Notes under the pieces: model-generated
The model's database searches: none
What the model was told of the DNA's origin: nothing
The model's input: only the letters and a program-made list of their open reading frames with translations
Position numbers and translations under genes: made by a program
Part shown: positions 57,904-64,000 of the stretch, piece by piece
Position numbering within the stretch: the stretch's first letter is position 1
How the letters are laid out: every line of letters starts with the position of its first letter
Source: Rubripirellula sp.
GTDB lineage: Bacteria; Planctomycetota; Planctomycetia; Pirellulales; Pirellulaceae
DNA length: 64,000 nucleotides
Assembly: GCA_965216875.1 (NCBI GenBank)
Contig: OZ244207.1
Coordinates: forward strand, 1,760,001-1,824,000
Direction of reading: 5' to 3'

Positions 57904-59844
57904 CTATCGTGGGCGCGGGAGCGTGACGGTAACGGTCGTGCCAACGCCCAACTCGGATTCCATTGCAACGTGTCCGCCATGAGCCTTGACGATTGTGTGG
58001 ACGAGGCTCAGACCAAGACCGCATCCGCCTCGATGTTCGTCCAGGCCACGGTGCGATTGGTAGTACTTGCGATGGACCCGTTTGGTTTCGGATTGCGTCA
58101 TGCCGATCCCATGATCCGTGACGGTGATCGACGTTTGGTCCGGGGTCGTTTGGCAATCGACATTAATCTTCTTGGAGGTGTCGCTGAACTTGATTGCGTT
58201 GTCAATCAAATTGGTCAAAACGATGACCATCGCATCCTCGTCGGCGCGTATGTCTGGGGCATCGGTAAAGCCAGAGGGGGTGAGTTCGCATTGTTGATTC
58301 TTAATGCGCTGGCCCAGTGCATTGATCGTTCGTTGGTAGATCGTTGCCGGGGAAGTGTCCGCCATGACGAAGCCCTGACCTCTTTCGGCACGCGACAGGG
58401 TGAGCACATCTTCGACGAGCCGGGAGAGTCGCGCGTTCTCGCCGGCAATTAGATGTAGGTATTCGTTCTTTTGTTCGTCGCCGAGCGCGGTCTCGTCGTC
58501 GAGCATTAGGTCGACCATGGCACGCATGGACGCAAGTGGAGTGCGCAATTCGTGAGCGACGATTGCGGCGAGGTCATTCTTCAAACGCGCCGTGTTGAGT
58601 TGCCTGCGGACAATGCTCGCAAGGACAATCGCAAGGAGCGAGGCAATCAAAATGGTGGTGATGCCGGCGGTTGAGTAAAGCGCAGACTGGGACGCCTCGG
58701 CGTCAGGAAAACGGGCCGCATCGGGAATGGCAACGAGGTCGTAGTGGGGCGCGGAGAGCAACGGTGTCGAGTATGCATTCTCAGAGGCAGCTTGGAGTGG
58801 ATTTGCGACCGCGTGGTCCGATTTTGGTTTCAGCTGAAATTCAACTCCGTCGTCAAAGCCTGCAGATAACAACAACTTCTTCGTAGACGTTTCGAGCGAT
58901 CCAGGCGAAAACAGCAACACAATGCCTGACTCGCGGAGCAGAACCGTGGCCATTTCGTCCGAAGGCCCATTCCGCAAGCCCTCTCGCAGGTCCTCGCGGG
59001 ATGTAAAGCGGACCGCTAAGCGTTCGGAGGCTTCGGTTGCAAACGGTTTGCACGCTGGGGCAAATTGCCGAAGCAGGCTCATCGCCATCAAACGCTGCTC
59101 GGATGGGAGCCTAAGTTCGTAATTGGAAAGATGCTGATGAAATGAGGAGGCGAACGCGGGCAATTCATCCGACTGGATCTCCTTCATCCATTGTGCAACG
59201 GCGAGGTGTGCATCAACCCAGATCTGCCTTTGAGTCAAAGAGTAGGCTTCGTTTGGAAGAGTCTCAAATTGACTCCTCAGTGCGTGGATTGCATCAGCGA
59301 TTCGTCCGCTCTTGTGAAGGCATCGGGCGTGCGCTTGCCATGCCAACGCTTCCTCGCGAGGATCGTCTTCGACCAGCGCGATTGCTTTGTAGGCGTCCGC
59401 GGCAACAGCGAATTCCTGTTCGGCATACTCAAGCCGACTCGCATCTTGCCATGCACGTTGGTTCATTCGCAGCGGAGTTCCGGTGCGGTCAGTCGCGCTG
59501 GTGCTTGTGGTTGGGTAGGCAACTTCGCCGCTTGGGTGAAGCACGATGGCGCTATCGGCGATGCCTGAGGCGACGATGGTTGCGAAACGTTTTTGCGGAG
59601 ACACTTGCTTTGTGTCGCGAGCAAGGGACAGGTCGAGTTGCTGCCAATGGTTGTCAACGTGCGCCCCAGCGAGACGCAGCGTTTGGTGGACGAGATTCTC
59701 TTGGCGGTTACCAATCGCATCTCGCTCGTTACGTACCGCTTCCGCTGTCAGCCAAAGCACGGTGGCTGAAGGAACAAGGACAACGGCGGACAAGGTCGCG
59801 ACGAGCAGAAATTGCCCGTCGCGACCACTCTTCCAGAATCTCAA
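57904..59844 (-). CDS. sensor histidine kinase with large periplasmic domain
   Basis: AHELRTPL, NLIDNAIKF, DHGIG and GLGL; two TM helices. Confidence 0.93.
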   Translation of the reverse strand: MRFWKSGRDGQFLLVATLSAVVLVPSATVLWLTAEAVRNERDAIGNRQENLVHQTLRLAGAHVDNHWQQLDLSLARDTKQVSPQKRFATIVASGIADSAIVLHPSGEVAYPTTSTSATDRTGTPLRMNQRAWQDASRLEYAEQEFAVAADAYKAIALVEDDPREEALAWQAHARCLHKSGRIADAIHALRSQFETLPNEAYSLTQRQIWVDAHLAVAQWMKEIQSDELPAFASSFHQHLSNYELRLPSEQRLMAMSLLRQFAPACKPFATEASERLAVRFTSREDLREGLRNGPSDEMATVLLRESGIVLLFSPGSLETSTKKLLLSAGFDDGVEFQLKPKSDHAVANPLQAASENAYSTPLLSAPHYDLVAIPDAARFPDAEASQSALYSTAGITTILIASLLAIVLASIVRRQLNTARLKNDLAAIVAHELRTPLASMRAMVDLMLDDETALGDEQKNEYLHLIAGENARLSRLVEDVLTLSRAERGQGFVMADTSPATIYQRTINALGQRIKNQQCELTPSGFTDAPDIRADEDAMVIVLTNLIDNAIKFSDTSKKINVDCQTTPDQTSITVTDHGIGMTQSETKRVHRKYYQSHRGLDEHRGGCGLGLSLVHTIVKAHGGHVAMESELGVGTTVTVTLPRPR

Positions 59845-59856
59845 CGTTCGGGATCT

Positions 59857-61362
59857 CTACTTTTGGTCACCAAACTGTTCAAGTGCTTTCGCGATCGCTT
59901 GATCGTCGAACTCGACTTCCGACTTGCCGAACGTCTCCAGTTCGGTGCGGTACTGATTGAACTGTTCGATCTGTTCATCGGTCGACTCGACTCGGCAGTT
60001 GTCACTCGGATCGACTCCCCAGCGGTCATCGTCGGTTGCCCCGACGGGCTTTTCTAAGTAGGCGCCGCTTGGCAAATAGAAGCGAGCCGTTGTCAGCGTG
60101 ATGGCTCCGCCGCTATCGAGTGGGAAGAGCCGCTGGACGGTACCTTTGCCAAACGTACGACCACCGACCACGATCGCTCGCTGGCGATCCTTCAATGCGC
60201 CGGCAAGGATCTCGGCCGACGAGGCGGTGTTGCGATTGACCAAAACGGCAATCGGAACTCCTTCGAGCGTGACGCTGGCGTCGGAGGTGAACGATTGGTC
60301 TTTGTCGCGTCCTTTGACGTCAAGGAGTTTGCCGTCGGCCAGGAACATGTCGGCGATATCGAGCGACGTGTCCAGGATCCCGCCACCGTTGTTACGAAGG
60401 TCGATGATCAAGCCGCTGAGTTTGCGATTGGCCAGCGTGTTGAGGGCGACGCGGAAATCGTTCTTGGTTGACTGATTGAATTGAGCGATGCGAATGTAGC
60501 CAACGTCATCATGGTCGCGTAGCACGAACTGCCATTGTCCGTCTTCGGATTTTGAGACGCCGGTAACGCTTGTTAGATGAATCTCGTCCCTGCGGACGGT
60601 GACTTGAAACGGAGGTTGCTCGCCGCGCTCGATGGTCAAAACCACATCGGTTCCCTTCTTGCCTCGAATCGCTTTGATGGCGGCGGCCACGCGCGACGGC
60701 TGGGGCAATGGTTCGATCGCCGTCTCGCCAATCGCGGCGATGGTGTCGTTGGCCACTAAGCCCGCTTTGGCTGCGGGCGAACCGGCGAGGGGCGCTTTGA
60801 CCTTTACCTTGCCATCGGCCAAATCGAGAATGACCCCGATGCCAACGAGCTTTCCGGTGGTGTTGATTGTGAGCGATTCGTATTGCTCGGGATTCATATA
60901 GTTGGAATAGGCATCCAAGTTCCCAAGCACGCCTTGCAGCGCGGCTTCGTTGAGTGCCGTGTCACTTTCGAATTCGTCAACATAATGCTGCTGGATGTGC
61001 TCGATGACCTGGCCAAGCATTGGCGGGGCATCGCCCTGCAGTTGACGTTGGATGTTCAACTTTTGCGGGTAGGTGTCGGCGAGTTGACGCAGCACCTTGG
61101 TCGCTTCTTGCTGTTTGCCCTTCTTGAGAAGGATCAGTCCGACGCGAAGTTTGGCCTCGCTCGCGACTTGGTTAGTTTCGGCGTTGGTGCGGATGATCTG
61201 TCGGTACGTTGCTAAAGCAGCGTCAAGATCACCCAGCGCGTTTTCTTGATAGATTCCTTTCTCAAGAAGTTCGGCGACGGTCGGTTTTTGCGCCGCAGCT
61301 GGTAAGACGAGCATGCCGGCACAGAGGATGGCGGGTAGTGAGTAACGAGCAATTCGGCTCAT
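59857..61362 (-). CDS. S41 carboxyl-terminal protease with PDZ and N-terminal TPR-like segment
   Basis: LDAYSNY, GIG, DLRNNGGG, TASSAEI and TFGKGTVQ. Confidence 0.92.
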   Translation of the reverse strand: MSRIARYSLPAILCAGMLVLPAAAQKPTVAELLEKGIYQENALGDLDAALATYRQIIRTNAETNQVASEAKLRVGLILLKKGKQQEATKVLRQLADTYPQKLNIQRQLQGDAPPMLGQVIEHIQQHYVDEFESDTALNEAALQGVLGNLDAYSNYMNPEQYESLTINTTGKLVGIGVILDLADGKVKVKAPLAGSPAAKAGLVANDTIAAIGETAIEPLPQPSRVAAAIKAIRGKKGTDVVLTIERGEQPPFQVTVRRDEIHLTSVTGVSKSEDGQWQFVLRDHDDVGYIRIAQFNQSTKNDFRVALNTLANRKLSGLIIDLRNNGGGILDTSLDIADMFLADGKLLDVKGRDKDQSFTSDASVTLEGVPIAVLVNRNTASSAEILAGALKDRQRAIVVGGRTFGKGTVQRLFPLDSGGAITLTTARFYLPSGAYLEKPVGATDDDRWGVDPSDNCRVESTDEQIEQFNQYRTELETFGKSEVEFDDQAIAKALEQFGDQK

Positions 61363-61542
61363 GTCCTAGCTCCTTCGTAATGGGATAGAGTTGCCAATTC
61401 ATGGAAACTCTAGCCGGCTGATGTTACCCGCATGTTACCTGTGCGCAACCAGTCTGTCCGATTTGTTGTTTTGTGGGTGGCGTTCGTTGTCCGCTCTTAG
61501 GCGGAAGGGGGATGAAGATTCCGGCTGCCTTGTCGCTCTGAG

Positions 61543-61680
61543 TGTCGCCTTTCGCTCCGCGAAAGTTGCGTTGGTTTGGCGCTGCTTTCGCGGAGCGAAA
61601 GGCGACTATGGGCGTTCGTAGTCCCGCCTTTGGGCGGACGGTGGATGAAGATTCCGGCTGAACCTCGGTACTACGAACGG
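61543..61680. repeat. REP-like inverted repeats
   Basis: GTCGCCTTTCGCTCCGCGAAAG...CTTTCGCGGAGCGAAAGGCGAC (also near 25926). A GTAGT-flanked pair similar to those near 9870 and 19460 follows. Confidence 0.75.
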
Positions 61681-61795
61681 GTGACTCGGTTGAAGCTCGA
61701 TGTTGAGAGGACGGGAGATTCAGCTCGCAGAGCCGATGCGTTAACATGGCGACTGTGCACCGCCGGATTCCTCTTTTGTAAGCTCGTGTCGTTCG

Positions 61796-62227
61796 ATGTT
61801 GACGGTTTTTTTGTTCACATCTGCTCTCGTCATCATGTGCGTGTTCGTGCATTACGAGGTGCTCGTCTCTGTGGCGAAACTGCGGCGAAAATTTGGGATC
61901 ACCCACCGCCGCTGGATCATCAACTTGATCCTTTGCGCGCTGATCGCCCATGTCTTCGAGATTTCAATTTTTGCATTGGGCTATTCGATCATGGACCCAA
62001 TGGCAGAGCTGGGGCATCTGATCGACAAGAGTGGTGCCGACTCGACCGATTACTGGTACTTTTCGGCCGTCACTTACACCTCGCTCGGGTTCGGTGACAT
62101 TACGCCGGACGGCCCGATGCGTTTTGCCGTTGGCGTCGAAACGCTCACCGGTCTCGTCTTGATCGCTTGGACTTCGTCGATGGTTTTCGTGGAGATGCAG
62201 AATTCCTGGAAGGATCAGGATTCATAG
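61796..62227 (+). CDS. two-TM ion channel family protein (Ion_trans_2)
   Basis: YFSAVTYTSLGFGDITP pore motif. Confidence 0.88.
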   Translation: MLTVFLFTSALVIMCVFVHYEVLVSVAKLRRKFGITHRRWIINLILCALIAHVFEISIFALGYSIMDPMAELGHLIDKSGADSTDYWYFSAVTYTSLGFGDITPDGPMRFAVGVETLTGLVLIAWTSSMVFVEMQNSWKDQDS

Positions 62228-62496
62228 GGGCGACGCTGTCGATCGGTACGCGATTATTTCGTGGTGGCGTTGGAGGGTGGGGACTCGTGGCCTCGTCCAC
62301 TACGAAGAAAGCGTCGACCACGAAGAAATGTAGCTACCTTCGCCAGAAGGTGGATTGGGTTGGCTGGTTTGCTTTCGGAAAAGAGGAGCAGGCTCTGGTG
62401 TGCGTTGATAGTGGAGAGGAAAGGTGGGTGGGGACTCGTGGCCTCGTCCACTACGGAGAGAGTTGGACGTTGCTTCGAGTTTTGCGAACGGCTGCT

Positions 62497-63915
62497 TTAG
62501 GTTTCGGCTGTCGTCGGGAAGATCGGTTCTTTGGGCAAGCGGCCGGCCATGATGTCGGCGACGGGGCGCGTCATTTCGATGCGTTCGAGGATGATCTTTA
62601 GTCCCGCCATGATCGGTGTTGCGAGGAACATGCCGACGATCCCCCACATCATTCCCCAAAACATGAGCGCGAGCAAAATGGTCACTGGGTGGAGATCGGA
62701 CGAGTCCCCCATGATCTTGGGTTCGACAATGTTGCCACTGATCAATTGAATCGAACAGGTGACGGCGATGACTGAGATCATCCAGCCAACGGAGCCTGAT
62801 GGGTCGAGAAGGATAAGTGGAATGGGCAGCAGGCTCGCCACCAGCGGGCCGACATTCGGGATGAAATTCAACAGGAATGCGAGGACGCCAAAGGTGAGTG
62901 CCATCGGCACGCCAAAGAGACGCAGTGACAGCCCGAACGCAAATCCGGTGAAGATCGAGATGATGGTTTTGAGCGTCAGGTAGGATCGGATTTGATGGTC
63001 GACTTCGCGCCACGTTCCCGACGAGTTTAGGTCGGAAGGGGTGCCCAACAGCAGGAAGAAGACATAAATCAAGACCACGACACTTGTTGAAACGAGCGAG
63101 ATCATCGTTTGGGAAACGACCGCGATGCCCTCGCTAATGAAGCGATCGACAAATTCGGCAACCTTCTCGTGGCTTTTTGGGCGAATGGTTGGGACGACGG
63201 GATTGGGCGTCGGAGCGATTGGGGCAACAATCGGGCTCCTCTCAGGGCGCTGTTGCGTGGTTGAAACCACCGACTGCGGCGGCTCGGTTTGGTCTGTCGC
63301 GGTGGCACCTGGTTCGCGATCTCCACCATCGGCGCCGCCTTGTGTCGCCTCTGTTACGGACTTGTCGTCGTCGTTGCTTGGGGGGACTAACGCTTGCGGC
63401 TCTTCCCCATCGCTGGGCTCTTCCGCTGTGTCCGCCTCAGCTGCGCCAGTAGCGGATTGTTGTTTGTCGCTCTTGGTTTGATCGGTGGCGGGATTGCTTC
63501 GTGCATCCTTTTCGCTTTCAGAAGGAGCGTCTTCGCGCCGCATCATGTCGGCGTCTTTCAAAGACAACTCCATGGGGAACATGTTCTCAACCCTGTCGAC
63601 CAATTCTTTGACACGCGCGCGGTAGCGATCCGAGTTGTTGGAAAGGTCGAGCACGGACACCCAAAGTGAACAGCCAAAGACAACAAGGACTGCCAGTCCC
63701 GCGATGAAAGTCAGGACGGCCGCCACAAGTCGTGAGACGCCGAGGCGAACTTCGAGCGTCTTCAAAATCGGACCGACACCGCTGACCACGAACACAGCCA
63801 CGACCAAAGGGACGAGGACCGGTCGCAGCCAATAGATCATGTAGGTGGCGATCGCTGCCGTCAGGACGACAAGGCAAATGGTTTGGGTGTTTGAGCGTGA
63901 TTCGGCAGTTTGCAT
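62497..63915 (-). CDS. AI-2E (PerM) family transporter
   Basis: LNFIPNVG, GNIVEPKIMG, LHPV and WG..GMFLATP. Confidence 0.92.
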   Translation of the reverse strand: MQTAESRSNTQTICLVVLTAAIATYMIYWLRPVLVPLVVAVFVVSGVGPILKTLEVRLGVSRLVAAVLTFIAGLAVLVVFGCSLWVSVLDLSNNSDRYRARVKELVDRVENMFPMELSLKDADMMRREDAPSESEKDARSNPATDQTKSDKQQSATGAAEADTAEEPSDGEEPQALVPPSNDDDKSVTEATQGGADGGDREPGATATDQTEPPQSVVSTTQQRPERSPIVAPIAPTPNPVVPTIRPKSHEKVAEFVDRFISEGIAVVSQTMISLVSTSVVVLIYVFFLLLGTPSDLNSSGTWREVDHQIRSYLTLKTIISIFTGFAFGLSLRLFGVPMALTFGVLAFLLNFIPNVGPLVASLLPIPLILLDPSGSVGWMISVIAVTCSIQLISGNIVEPKIMGDSSDLHPVTILLALMFWGMMWGIVGMFLATPIMAGLKIILERIEMTRPVADIMAGRLPKEPIFPTTAET

Positions 63916-64000
63916 GGCGTGCCAAAGCGTGATGATTGGTTGGCGATAGGATGTGAGGGATCACCCATTTTCGGGGTGAGTATAGAGCAACCTCCGGTTG

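Overview
Bacterial chromosomal DNA, most likely from a planctomycete (Pirellulaceae-like): it carries a DUF1559 prepilin-type gene, an ECF sigma factor paired with a Ser/Thr kinase, a sulfatase and REP-like palindromes. Positions 1-25.6 kb and 57-64 kb hold ordinary housekeeping and regulatory genes (ahpC, tam, xseA, dapF, VTC/DUF4956/HlyD, TolC, an S41 protease with a two-component system). The centre is a large sedentary integron. An intact integron integrase (55045-56538, +) with an extra N-terminal domain lies next to an attI site at about 54725. A divergently oriented minus-strand array of roughly 40 gene cassettes runs back to about 26 kb. The 28 cassettes nearest attI have exactly complementary R''/R' cores and attC sites of about 90 bp; the distal part is decaying. 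The cargo is mostly small proteins of unknown function, several resembling toxin-immunity proteins, and it includes two duplicated cassettes and one ORF-less cassette. Separately, the ORF track splits a probable selenoprotein: a redoxin with a UxxC motif, an in-frame TGA at 12173 and a SECIS-like hairpin. No rRNA, tRNA or CRISPR array was seen. Family names come from motif recognition by eye, not from database searches.
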